Assembly: GCA_964510125.1 (NCBI GenBank)
Contig: CAZEAF010000001.1
Coordinates: forward strand, 2,362-66,361
Source of the DNA: an uncultured Coriobacteriaceae bacterium
Lineage (GTDB): Bacteria; Actinomycetota; Coriobacteriia; Coriobacteriales; UMGS124
Length of the DNA stretch: 64,000 nucleotides
Direction: 5' to 3'
The notes beneath the pieces are model-generated. The model was not told where the DNA came from. It saw only the letters and a list, made by a program, of their open reading frames with translations, and did not search any database. Position 1 is the first letter of the stretch. Each line of letters begins with the position of its first letter. Below, in pieces: positions 31,421 to 40,646 of this stretch. The position numbers and the translations under genes are program-made.

Positions 31421-32326
31421 ATGAGGCAAGCACAGCTGTTCGGCCGTCTCATCACGGCCATCGTCACACCCTTTGACGGGCAGGGCGAGGTGGACTTCGA
31501 CACCTATGCTGACCTGGTAGACTTCCAGTTCTCCAACGGGGCCGACACCTTGTGCGTCTGCGGCACTACCGGCGAGTCCCCCACCATCGATACGGCCGAT
31601 AAGCTGGCCCTCTTCGGCCAGACCGTCCGCCTGGCACAGGGCCGTGGCAAGGTGCTGGCCAACGTGGGCAGCAACAACACAGCGGCCTCGGTGACCCTTG
31701 CTCGCGAGGCAGCTGCTCTAGGCGTCGACGGCGTCATGTGCGTGGCACCCTACTACAACAAGCCTTCCCAAGAGGGCATGTTTCAGCACTTCAAGGCCGT
31801 CGCAGACGCCGTGCCCCAGCTGCCGCTCGTCATCTACAACATCCCCGGCCGCGCCGTCGTGACCGTCGAGCCCCAGACCATCATCCGCCTTGCCGAGGCC
31901 TGCCCCAACGTGCGCGGCATGAAGGAGGCTGCGCTCGACATCGAGAAGAGCAAGCAGGTCCTGGCAGAAGTGCCTGGGGATTTCGAGATGTTCTCGGGCA
32001 ACGACGACAAGACCCTCGACCTCATGGCCATCGGCGCCTCCGGCGTCATCTCCACGACCTCAAATGTGGTGCCCCGGCTCATGGCCGATATGGTTGCCGC
32101 CTTCGCCTCCGGCGACCAAGCAGGCGCCAAACAGCTTCACGCCAGGCTCGAGCCCCTCATGACCGGCCTCTTCAAGGCCCCCAACCCCACGCTGGTCAAA
32201 AAGGCCCTGGAGCTCATCGGCCGCCCCGTCGGGGGGCTGCGCCTGCCTCTGGTCGAGGCCACGCAGGACCAGACGGCCTTCATCCGCGGCGTGCTGACGG
32301 ACCTGGGCGTCGACGTCGCCTGTTAG
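31421..32326 (+). CDS. dapA: 4-hydroxy-tetrahydrodipicolinate synthase
   Basis: TAIVTPF...GTTGESPT...YNKP...IYNIPGR motifs. GGGAGGGAG precedes ATG 31421. Confidence 0.92.
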   Translation: MRQAQLFGRLITAIVTPFDGQGEVDFDTYADLVDFQFSNGADTLCVCGTTGESPTIDTADKLALFGQTVRLAQGRGKVLANVGSNNTAASVTLAREAAALGVDGVMCVAPYYNKPSQEGMFQHFKAVADAVPQLPLVIYNIPGRAVVTVEPQTIIRLAEACPNVRGMKEAALDIEKSKQVLAEVPGDFEMFSGNDDKTLDLMAIGASGVISTTSNVVPRLMADMVAAFASGDQAGAKQLHARLEPLMTGLFKAPNPTLVKKALELIGRPVGGLRLPLVEATQDQTAFIRGVLTDLGVDVAC

Positions 32327-32457
32327 CCGGGATGGCCCGCTCGCTTACGGGTTGTTCCGCTTGTCGTGTGATTCGCAGTGATGCAGGAAGGTTCTCTCTT
32401 TCTGCATCTTCCAATAACGAAAGACCTACGATTGTTTAAGGAGGTTTTACCCTGCAT

Positions 32458-34122
32458 ATGCCAAAACGAAATAACATGCCTTTGCGCATCATCCCCCTCG
32501 GCGGCCTGGATGGCATCGGCAAGAACATGACGGTCTTCGAGTATGGCGACGACATGATTTTGGACGACGCCGGCCTCATGTTCCCCGATGACAGCCACCC
32601 GGGGATTGACATGCTCCTGCCCGACTATACCTACGTGCTCGAGAACGAGGACAGGCTGCGCGGCATCATCATCACCCACGGTCACGAGGACCACACGGGC
32701 GCCCTGCCCTACCTCATGGCCGACCTCAATCCCGACGTGCCAATCTTCTCCAGCTCCCTCACCTTGGGCATGGTGGCTGGCAAGTTCGAGGAGCACGGGA
32801 TTAAGAACCCCAACTTCCACCCGGTCAAGGCCCGCGACCACATTAAGCTGGGCGAGATTGACGTGGACTTCTTCCATGTCAACCACTCCATCCCCGACGC
32901 CATGGGCCTCTATATCTCCACGCCTGCCGGCACGGTCCTGCACACGGGCGACTTCAAGTTCGACGAGACACCCATCGACGGTCAGCGCACCGACTTCGCC
33001 GCAATCACTGCCTTTGGCGAGAGGGGCGTGGACCTGCTCATGAGCGACTCCACCAACGCCCAGTACAAGGGCTTCACGCCCTCCGAGGCCGAGGTGGGAA
33101 CCACCCTGTGCGACATCATCAGCCGGGCCAGGGGCCGTGTCTTCGTGGCGTCCTTCTCCAGCCACATCCACCGGCTCCAGCAGGTCTGCGACGCAGCCAA
33201 GGCGGCCAACCGCAAGATTGTGGTGACCGGCCGGTCCATGCTGCAGAACACCAAGATTGCCCGCGAGCTCGGCTACCTCAACATCGACGACGAGGACATT
33301 CTCGACGCCTTCGACATCGACAAGCTGCCCGACAACAGAGTCGTTGTCCTGTGCACTGGTTCTCAGGGAGAGCCTCTGTCGGCCCTGGCCCGCATGGTCA
33401 CCGGCGAGCACCGGACCCTGCAGATTGAGCACAGCGACACGGTTATCATCTCAGCCACGCCTGTCCCCGGAAACGAGAAGGCCGTCACGCAAATCGAGAA
33501 CCAGCTGGCCAAGATTGGCGCCGACGTCTTCGACAAGTCCCGCGGTCTTGTGCACGTGTCCGGCCATGCCTCGCAGGAGGAGCTCAAGCTCATGATGGCC
33601 ATGACCAAGCCGCGCTACTTCATGCCGGTCCATGGCGAGGCCCTGCACCTGCGCGCCCATGCCAAGCTGGCAGAGAAGATGGGCATCCCGCGCAAGAACA
33701 TCTATATCCTCGATAACGGCGACTCGCTCGAGATGCGCAACCACGTCATTACTCGCGGCCGGGCGGTGGAGTCCGGCGTCATCTACGTCGACGGCCTGCA
33801 CATCGGAGACTCCAACCAGGTCGTCCTGCGCGACCGCAAGAAGCTGGCCTCCGACGGTATCGTGACCGCCGTGGTCTCCATCTCCAGTCAGACGGGCAGG
33901 TTCCTCGACGTCCAGCTCGCCTGCCGTGGCGTCTCCTTCGAGGTAACCGACGCCGTGGTGGCCGAGGCCTCCAAGCGCCTGGAGAAGTCCTTTGCCAAGC
34001 GCCGCAACGCCTCTATCGACCAGGACGCCGACCGCAAGATTGTGCGTGATTCCCTGTCAAGCTACCTGTGGGACACCCTGCAGTGCCGGCCTATGGTCAT
34101 ACCCTTCATTATGGAGGTCTAG
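32458..34122 (+). CDS. rnj: ribonuclease J
   Basis: Beta-CASP metallo-beta-lactamase with HGHEDHTGALPYL. 554 aa. AAGGAGG upstream. Confidence 0.92.
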   Translation: MPKRNNMPLRIIPLGGLDGIGKNMTVFEYGDDMILDDAGLMFPDDSHPGIDMLLPDYTYVLENEDRLRGIIITHGHEDHTGALPYLMADLNPDVPIFSSSLTLGMVAGKFEEHGIKNPNFHPVKARDHIKLGEIDVDFFHVNHSIPDAMGLYISTPAGTVLHTGDFKFDETPIDGQRTDFAAITAFGERGVDLLMSDSTNAQYKGFTPSEAEVGTTLCDIISRARGRVFVASFSSHIHRLQQVCDAAKAANRKIVVTGRSMLQNTKIARELGYLNIDDEDILDAFDIDKLPDNRVVVLCTGSQGEPLSALARMVTGEHRTLQIEHSDTVIISATPVPGNEKAVTQIENQLAKIGADVFDKSRGLVHVSGHASQEELKLMMAMTKPRYFMPVHGEALHLRAHAKLAEKMGIPRKNIYILDNGDSLEMRNHVITRGRAVESGVIYVDGLHIGDSNQVVLRDRKKLASDGIVTAVVSISSQTGRFLDVQLACRGVSFEVTDAVVAEASKRLEKSFAKRRNASIDQDADRKIVRDSLSSYLWDTLQCRPMVIPFIMEV

Positions 34123-34128
34123 TGAGGA

Positions 34129-37100
34129 GTGGCTCAGCAAAAGCGCAGCTCGACACCACAGAAGAAGAGTAAGGCCAAAAGCGCCCAGACAAAGGCCGCC
34201 GAGCCTGCCCGCCGCGCATCGGCTGCCAAGAGGACCGTGGCCAGCCGCGCCGCATCCGCAGGCGGCCGCACCACTCAGCGCCGGCCGACCACAGCCAGGC
34301 AGGCCCCGGCCCCCGCACCGGCCATGTCCCAGGCCCCCGCTCCCTATGTTGAGGCCAGCGGCAGCCGCACCCGCCACGACATCGCCGGCATCGTCATCGG
34401 CGTCGTGGGCGTGGCCCTGCTCATAGCAGTCCTCACGCCGACGACGGGTGTCTTGACCATGGGCGTCTCGGGCCTGCTGCATCGGCTGCTGGGCCTGGGG
34501 GCCCTGCTGGTGCCCCTTGCCCTCATCGTCTGGGCCATTACCTTCTTTGTGCCGACCAACCGGGTCATGCCCGGCAGGGTCGCCTGTGGCCTGGGCCTCA
34601 TAGCCTTGGGCGTCATCGCCTTGCTGGGCATCACGGCAGAGGGCGCTGTGGCAGACCCCTCCCTCCTCTTTACCCCTGCGCTCCTGGTGAGCCGGGGCGG
34701 CTATGTAGGCAACGGGCTCGCCTGGGTCCTGCTGAGCCTGACGGGCGAGGTCGTGGGTGTCGTCGTGCTCGTGGGCCTTCTGATTGCCGGCCTGGTCGTG
34801 CTGGGCTTCTCCATGACCGAGGTCATCCAGCAGGCCTCTCTGCGCCTGCGCGAGCGCCGGGAGTTCGCCCGTCGCCAGAAGCAGGAGAGGGCCGCCCAGC
34901 TGGCCCGCGAGGCCGACCTCGACCTCTTACGCGCCCAGGGTGACATGCCCGAGGACTACGCCCCCACAGCCCTCTTCGACCCCGACCAACCCCTCGGCGA
35001 TCAGGGCCAATACCCAGAGGCGCCGCTGGACGGCGTGCCCACCAGCGTGCTGGACCGCTCGCGCACGGGCCAGCGCGCCTCGACTGTGCGCACCTTCGGC
35101 TGCGGAGACTACCCCGACGTCAACGGGAACGGGGCCCCGGTCGCGCCCGCCTTCGCCGGCGATGCTCCCGCAACGACCTATCTGCAGCAGGCTGACATCC
35201 CCGCCACCACCTATCTGCAACAGGCCGGCATCCCCGAGGATGTCCTCAAGGGGGTGCCTACCTCGGTCCTCAAGCGGGCCCAGGGCCGCGGCGCCTCCCT
35301 GACCCGCCAGTACCTTGACGACCAAAACGGGCCCGCGCTTGCCCCGGCCGCCTCCCCGGACGAGACCACCTTCCTGCAGCCTGCCATGGCTTTCGGGGAG
35401 GTTCCCGAGGATTTGGACGAGGAGGCCTTTCCCGGTTTGGCCCAGAGTCTGGGCGGGACCCCCCAGGCCCCTTTGCGCCGCGGTATCGACACAGCCTTTA
35501 CCCGCGAGGATGCCGGATCCAAGGCCTTCCGTCGGGAGCGTGTCCGCGACCAGCGCCGGGCCGAGTCTGCCTCTCGCAACTGGTGGGAGGGGACCGACCA
35601 GCCCCAGGCTGACATCGACGAGAGGGACGTGGCCTTTGCCGATGCCCGCCTGGATGTGCCGGTCCCGGGCATCATCGCCGGAATCCATCATGTTGAGGCT
35701 GAGGTTGAGCCTGAACCCGGCTTTGACCCTGAGCCTGAATCTGAGCCTGAGGCCCCAGCCGAGCAGACCACTCCCTTTCCCAGCTTGGCAGGGGAGGGGC
35801 GGGAGGTCTGGCGGGAGGCTGCATCCGCGGACCCAGAGCCTGACCAGGGGCTCGCCGAAGAGGAAGACGTGCAGGACTGGGACCCTGAGGCCAGCCCCTG
35901 CGTCGCCGACATGACGCCTCCTTGGGAGAGCCTGCCCGACCAGGCCGAGAAGGCTGACCAGACCCGAGCGGACTCGGCCAAGAAGGCTCGCACGCCCTCG
36001 ACCGAGACGACCCGTCTCACCTCAGCGGACAGGGCGCCACAAAAGGGCGCGACCGACTTTGCGGGCGTGTCAGGCGCCGCGGCATCCGCCCGACCCGCCG
36101 CACCTTCCAGCGACTTCCAGCTCCCCGATCCGGCTTTGCTGCGTCACACCACCCACGGCCTGAAAAAGAGCCAGGCCGAGCTGGACGAGATTGCCCACAT
36201 GGGTGAGCGGCTGGCCGACGTGCTCACCGAGTTCAAGGTGCCCGGCGAGGTCAAGGGATGGATCGAGGGGCCCACCTGCACAACCTATGAGATTAAGCCA
36301 GGCCAGGGGGTCCGCGTCAACCGCTTCACCGCGCTCGAGGAGGACATCGCACGCTCCCTGGCCCAGGAGAGCGTCCGCATCTACACGCCGGTCCACGGGA
36401 CCTCCTACATCGGCATCGAGGTGCCCAACCAGACCAGGCAGACGGTCCTCTTCGGCGACATCATCGCCTGCGTGACCGGCGGGCCGCTGGACTTTGCCGT
36501 GGGCCTGGATGCCAACGGCAAACCGGTCCACACCGACTTGGCCACCCTGCCCCACCTCCTCATCGCGGGTACCACGGGCTCGGGCAAGTCCGTCATGGTC
36601 AACTCCATCATCTGCAGCTTGCTCATGCGCAACACACCAGACGACGTCCGCCTCATCATGGTCGATCCCAAACAGGTCGAGCTCACGGGCTACAACGGCA
36701 TACCCCACCTGGTCATGCCCGTTGTGACCGACCCTCATCAGGCCTCGGCCGCCCTTCAGTGGGCGGTCACCGAGATGACCAGGCGCTTCAAGGTCTTTTC
36801 CAATGTTGGCGTGCGCGACATCATCTCCTACAACCGGAACCTGGAAGACCCGCAGGTCGTAGCCCAGACAGGGCTCAAGCACCTGCCCTATCTGGTCGTC
36901 ATCATCGACGAGCTGACCGACCTCATGATGGTGGCTAAGAAGGACGTCGAAGCCTCCATCACCCGCATAGCCCAGCTTGGCCGTGCCGCCGGCGTGCACA
37001 TAGTGACCGCGACTCAGCGACCCTCTGCCGACGTTGTGACCGGCCTCATCAAGGCCAACATCTCGAACAGAATGGCACTCAAGGTTGCCTCTGGCATCGA

Positions 37101-37635
37101 CTCCAAGGTCATCCTGGACCAGACCGGTGCCGAAAAGCTCCTGGGCCACGGCGACATGCTCTTCCTACAGACCCGATGGGGGAGCAAGCCCCGCCGCATC
37201 CAAGGCTGCTACCTGTCGGACCCCGAGATTGCCAACATCGTGAGCCACCTCAAGACCCAGGCATCGGCTGCTTCCGCCGAGGACCTGGGAATGGCGCCCA
37301 TGGGCGACGCCCGCCAGCTCACCATGGACACCCGAGGCCTGGACGCCGGCGGCTCCGACTACGCTGACTCCGGGGAGGTCACCGCCGTCAACGACGACGA
37401 CCCGCTCGTGATGAGGGCCGCCCAGCTCGTGGTCGAGAACCAGCTGGGTTCCACCTCTATGATCCAACGCCGGCTCAAGCTGGGCTATGCCCGTGCCGGC
37501 CGCGTCATGGACATGCTCGAGGAGCTCGGGGTCGTGGGGCCGGCCCGCAGCTCAAAGCCGCGCGACGTGCTCATCCAAGATCTCGACGAGCTCTCTGCCT
37601 TGTTCGGGACCGAGTTTACCGAAGGTGATGTGTGA
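34129..37635 (+). CDS. ftsK: DNA translocase FtsK (very long repetitive linker)
   Basis: N-terminal TM helices, a linker of about 500 aa, motor domain GTTGSGKSV...DELTDLMM, and a C-terminal gamma wHTH domain. The exact start is uncertain. Confidence 0.92.
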   Translation: MAQQKRSSTPQKKSKAKSAQTKAAEPARRASAAKRTVASRAASAGGRTTQRRPTTARQAPAPAPAMSQAPAPYVEASGSRTRHDIAGIVIGVVGVALLIAVLTPTTGVLTMGVSGLLHRLLGLGALLVPLALIVWAITFFVPTNRVMPGRVACGLGLIALGVIALLGITAEGAVADPSLLFTPALLVSRGGYVGNGLAWVLLSLTGEVVGVVVLVGLLIAGLVVLGFSMTEVIQQASLRLRERREFARRQKQERAAQLAREADLDLLRAQGDMPEDYAPTALFDPDQPLGDQGQYPEAPLDGVPTSVLDRSRTGQRASTVRTFGCGDYPDVNGNGAPVAPAFAGDAPATTYLQQADIPATTYLQQAGIPEDVLKGVPTSVLKRAQGRGASLTRQYLDDQNGPALAPAASPDETTFLQPAMAFGEVPEDLDEEAFPGLAQSLGGTPQAPLRRGIDTAFTREDAGSKAFRRERVRDQRRAESASRNWWEGTDQPQADIDERDVAFADARLDVPVPGIIAGIHHVEAEVEPEPGFDPEPESEPEAPAEQTTPFPSLAGEGREVWREAASADPEPDQGLAEEEDVQDWDPEASPCVADMTPPWESLPDQAEKADQTRADSAKKARTPSTETTRLTSADRAPQKGATDFAGVSGAAASARPAAPSSDFQLPDPALLRHTTHGLKKSQAELDEIAHMGERLADVLTEFKVPGEVKGWIEGPTCTTYEIKPGQGVRVNRFTALEEDIARSLAQESVRIYTPVHGTSYIGIEVPNQTRQTVLFGDIIACVTGGPLDFAVGLDANGKPVHTDLATLPHLLIAGTTGSGKSVMVNSIICSLLMRNTPDDVRLIMVDPKQVELTGYNGIPHLVMPVVTDPHQASAALQWAVTEMTRRFKVFSNVGVRDIISYNRNLEDPQVVAQTGLKHLPYLVVIIDELTDLMMVAKKDVEASITRIAQLGRAAGVHIVTATQRPSADVVTGLIKANISNRMALKVASGIDSKVILDQTGAEKLLGHGDMLFLQTRWGSKPRRIQGCYLSDPEIANIVSHLKTQASAASAEDLGMAPMGDARQLTMDTRGLDAGGSDYADSGEVTAVNDDDPLVMRAAQLVVENQLGSTSMIQRRLKLGYARAGRVMDMLEELGVVGPARSSKPRDVLIQDLDELSALFGTEFTEGDV
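35167..35232 (+). repeat. 2 x 33-bp in-frame tandem repeat (PATTYLQQA[D/G]I) in the FtsK linker
   Basis: Units 35167-35199 and 35200-35232 differ at 5 nt, 4 of them synonymous. The flanking GVPTSVL(D/K)R motif is also duplicated. Confidence 0.9.
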
Positions 37636-39218
37636 TGGCCCAGCAGCTTATCGGCGAAATCCTCTCCGAGCGCCGCAAGCAGCTCGGCCTTTCGGTGGAG
37701 CGCGTGGTGAACGCCACCAAGCTCCAGCGGCGCGTCATCGAGGCCTTCGAGAAGTCTGACTTCGCGGCCATGCCGCCCAAGGGCTATGCCAAGGCCAATC
37801 TGGCCTCCTATGCCCGCTACCTGGGACTCGACACCACCGAAATCATTAGGGTCTACGAGGAGCAGCTCTATCACTATGAGCGCATGCTGGCTCAGGAGCG
37901 CTCCCCGCGCCGCCGCAGCGCCGAGCGCGACCGCAGGTCCGGGAATGACTATGGCGGCAGTCACAACTACGAGGCCGGTCAGGACTACCGAGAGGACCGC
38001 GACGACCGGGCAGAGGGGTCCTATCGAGGCCGTGGACCGGCAAGGCCGACCCCTTCCGCTCCCACCACACGGCCCGCGTCTGCGCGCGGCTATGCGGACC
38101 AGGCCTCTGAGTACGACAGGACCTACCAGGCTTCCCGCAGGCCCGGTCTCTATGACACGCCCTCTCGCCGGTCCGGTTCATCCTCTTCTTCCGAGCGGAC
38201 GCGGTCCGATGAGGCCAGCCGGGATGAGCGTGCGGCCAGGGCCGGCCACCGGGACAGCCGGGCCGAGCGCCCTGACTATCGGGGCGGGCGCTCGGGCTAT
38301 TCGGACGAATCCGAGCGCAGGGGCGTCTCTACGGCGCGGGACCGCGACGAGCGCAGGGACGGCCGGGCCCAAGGACGCGATGCTAGGCGCGAATACGAGA
38401 CCACCCGCGCCGACCGCCAGCAACGCGAAGCCACGTCGCGCGACCGTCGCAACCCAAAGCCCGCGGACCGTGAGCTGCGGGTGGCCGACGCCATCGACCT
38501 CAACAACGGCTACGAGGGCGGCTCAGGCGGCTGGGGCGGGTCTTACGGCTTCACCCAGGCAGGCGACCGCAGGTCTTTGTCTCGTTCCAGTGGCCCTGCC
38601 GAGCGGGAGCAGGTATCTTTCGGCCAGAGCCTCAAGACCGCCCTGGTGGGCCTGCGCGCCTTCTTTGGCGAGAACCGCATGGCTGCCGTCATCGTATTCG
38701 GCGTCATTGCCCTGTTGCTGGTGGTCATCGTCGTCTTCGCGGTTTCCTCCTGCACCCGCGGGGACACCAACCAGCAGTCGACCATCCCCGTGGTCCAGAT
38801 GGGGTCCGGCTCCTCGGATTCGGCCTCCGCGAACTCAAGCGCGTCCGATCAGACAACTCAGCCTGAGAACACGACCGACGGTACCAACGCGGCGCCCGTC
38901 ATCACCACCGAGCCCACCGCCGAGGTGGAGACGCCCCAGATTGACCTGACAACCCTGCCCCCTGGCTCCAACCTGGTCTTTTCGGTTGACCCGGAATCGC
39001 TGGAGACGCCCTGGATTGAGGTAAGCGTCGACGGCGCCCCGATTTATGCCAACCAGGCTGTGGCGGGGGAGTCTCAGACCTTCTTCTTCGACAGCCAAAT
39101 CACCATTTCCCTCTCCAGCCCCGAGGTCGTGACCCTGGAGGTCAACGGGATTCAGGTAGAACCCACCATCGACGCGACCGGCCTAGCCACGCTCACGGCT
39201 ACCTGCATAGCCGAGTAG
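37632..39218 (+). CDS. rodZ: RodZ-like cytoskeleton protein (XRE-type HTH + charged disordered region + TM + DUF4115-like C-terminus)
   Basis: N-terminal LSERRKQLGLSVERVVNATKLQRRVIEAFE. A single TM segment AAVIVFGVIALLLVVIVVFAV. The start overlaps the ftsK stop (GTGATG). Confidence 0.65.
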   Translation: MMAQQLIGEILSERRKQLGLSVERVVNATKLQRRVIEAFEKSDFAAMPPKGYAKANLASYARYLGLDTTEIIRVYEEQLYHYERMLAQERSPRRRSAERDRRSGNDYGGSHNYEAGQDYREDRDDRAEGSYRGRGPARPTPSAPTTRPASARGYADQASEYDRTYQASRRPGLYDTPSRRSGSSSSSERTRSDEASRDERAARAGHRDSRAERPDYRGGRSGYSDESERRGVSTARDRDERRDGRAQGRDARREYETTRADRQQREATSRDRRNPKPADRELRVADAIDLNNGYEGGSGGWGGSYGFTQAGDRRSLSRSSGPAEREQVSFGQSLKTALVGLRAFFGENRMAAVIVFGVIALLLVVIVVFAVSSCTRGDTNQQSTIPVVQMGSGSSDSASANSSASDQTTQPENTTDGTNAAPVITTEPTAEVETPQIDLTTLPPGSNLVFSVDPESLETPWIEVSVDGAPIYANQAVAGESQTFFFDSQITISLSSPEVVTLEVNGIQVEPTIDATGLATLTATCIAE

Positions 39219-39278
39219 GTATACGACAGACTCCCTTCCGAGGGCTCAACGACTCAACGACAAGGCAAGGCAGTTTTC

Positions 39279-40643
39279 ATGTCAGACACCACGCACATCC
39301 CGTCCGAACCCATCCGCCGCGTCAAGATGGTCACGCTCGGCTGCGCCAAGAACGAGGTCGACACCGACCGCATGCGGACCCTTATCGAGGCCTGCCCAGC
39401 CTTTCAGGTCGTGGAACCTGACGACGAGGCGGACGTGGCCATTGTCAACACCTGCTCCTTCCTGGTAAGCGCCGTTCAGGAGGGCTTAGACCTGACCCTA
39501 GAGCTCGCGGGGGTCGACCGCGCTGACGGGACCAAGATGCCCGTCGTCATGTGCGGCTGCATCCCCTCCCGCTACGGGGAGGACCTGACCCGCGAGCTCA
39601 CCGAGGTGGCGGCCTTCGTCCCGGTCAAGGAGGAGGACACCATCATCGAGGTCCTAGCCCGCGTCTGCGGCATCTCCTCGCTTGACCGCAACGCCTCCCG
39701 CACGCCCGAGGTACTGCGCACCGTCCGGTCCGCCACGGCCTATCTCATGATTAGCGACGGCTGTAGCCGCTTCTGCTCCTTCTGCGCGATACCCTACATA
39801 CGCGGCGCCTACCGGTCCCGCGAGCCCCAGGTCATCCTAGACGAGGCAAAGTCCCTGGTAAAGGGCGGCGTGCGCGAGATTGTCCTCATCGGCCAGGACA
39901 CCGGCGTCTGGGGCTCCGACCTGCCAGGCAACCTCACCCTCGACTGGCTCATGCGCGAGGTGGCCAAGGTCCTGGCCCCCTGCCATGGCTGGCTGCGGGT
40001 CCTCTACCTGCAGCCCGAGGGCATGACCGACGAACTCATCGCCACCATCCGCGACGTGCCCGAGGTGGTCAAGTACATCGACCTGCCCCTGCAGCACTGC
40101 GACGCCGGCGTCTTGGCCCGCATGAGCCGCACGGGCGACCGCGAGTCCTTTGAGAGGCTTATCGCCCGCCTGCGCCGCGAGATTCCCGGTATGACCATCC
40201 GCACCACGGCTATGGCGGGCTTCCCGGGCGAGACCGACGAGGAGTTCGACGAGCTCTGCGCCTTCCTGGAGGTGAACGAGTTCGACTACACCTCGGTCTT
40301 TGCCTACTCTCAGGAGGAGGGCACCGAGGCGGCCGGCCTTCCCGGCCAGCTGGACGACCAGACCAAGCTGGAGCGGGCCCAGACCCTGCACGACATAGCC
40401 GACGACTCGGGCTTTGCGTCTGCCGAGGCGCGGGTGGGACAGGTCTATCGGGTCCTCGTCGACGGCACTGAGGCAGACGAGGACGGAAACATCGAGCTCA
40501 TCGGCCGCGCGGCCTTCCAGGCGCCCGACAGCGACGGCGTGGTCCATCTGGGCCAGGCGGACGTGGCCATGGGCGACTTTGTGGACGTGCGCATCGACGA
40601 GGCTGTGTGCTACGAGCTCTTCGGGACGATTGTGGGGCGGTAG
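39279..40643 (+). CDS. rimO: ribosomal protein S12 methylthiotransferase
   Basis: LGCAKNEVD, radical-SAM CSRFCSFCAIP, and a TRAM domain. Confidence 0.87.
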   Translation: MSDTTHIPSEPIRRVKMVTLGCAKNEVDTDRMRTLIEACPAFQVVEPDDEADVAIVNTCSFLVSAVQEGLDLTLELAGVDRADGTKMPVVMCGCIPSRYGEDLTRELTEVAAFVPVKEEDTIIEVLARVCGISSLDRNASRTPEVLRTVRSATAYLMISDGCSRFCSFCAIPYIRGAYRSREPQVILDEAKSLVKGGVREIVLIGQDTGVWGSDLPGNLTLDWLMREVAKVLAPCHGWLRVLYLQPEGMTDELIATIRDVPEVVKYIDLPLQHCDAGVLARMSRTGDRESFERLIARLRREIPGMTIRTTAMAGFPGETDEEFDELCAFLEVNEFDYTSVFAYSQEEGTEAAGLPGQLDDQTKLERAQTLHDIADDSGFASAEARVGQVYRVLVDGTEADEDGNIELIGRAAFQAPDSDGVVHLGQADVAMGDFVDVRIDEAVCYELFGTIVGR

Positions 40644-40646
40644 GGG

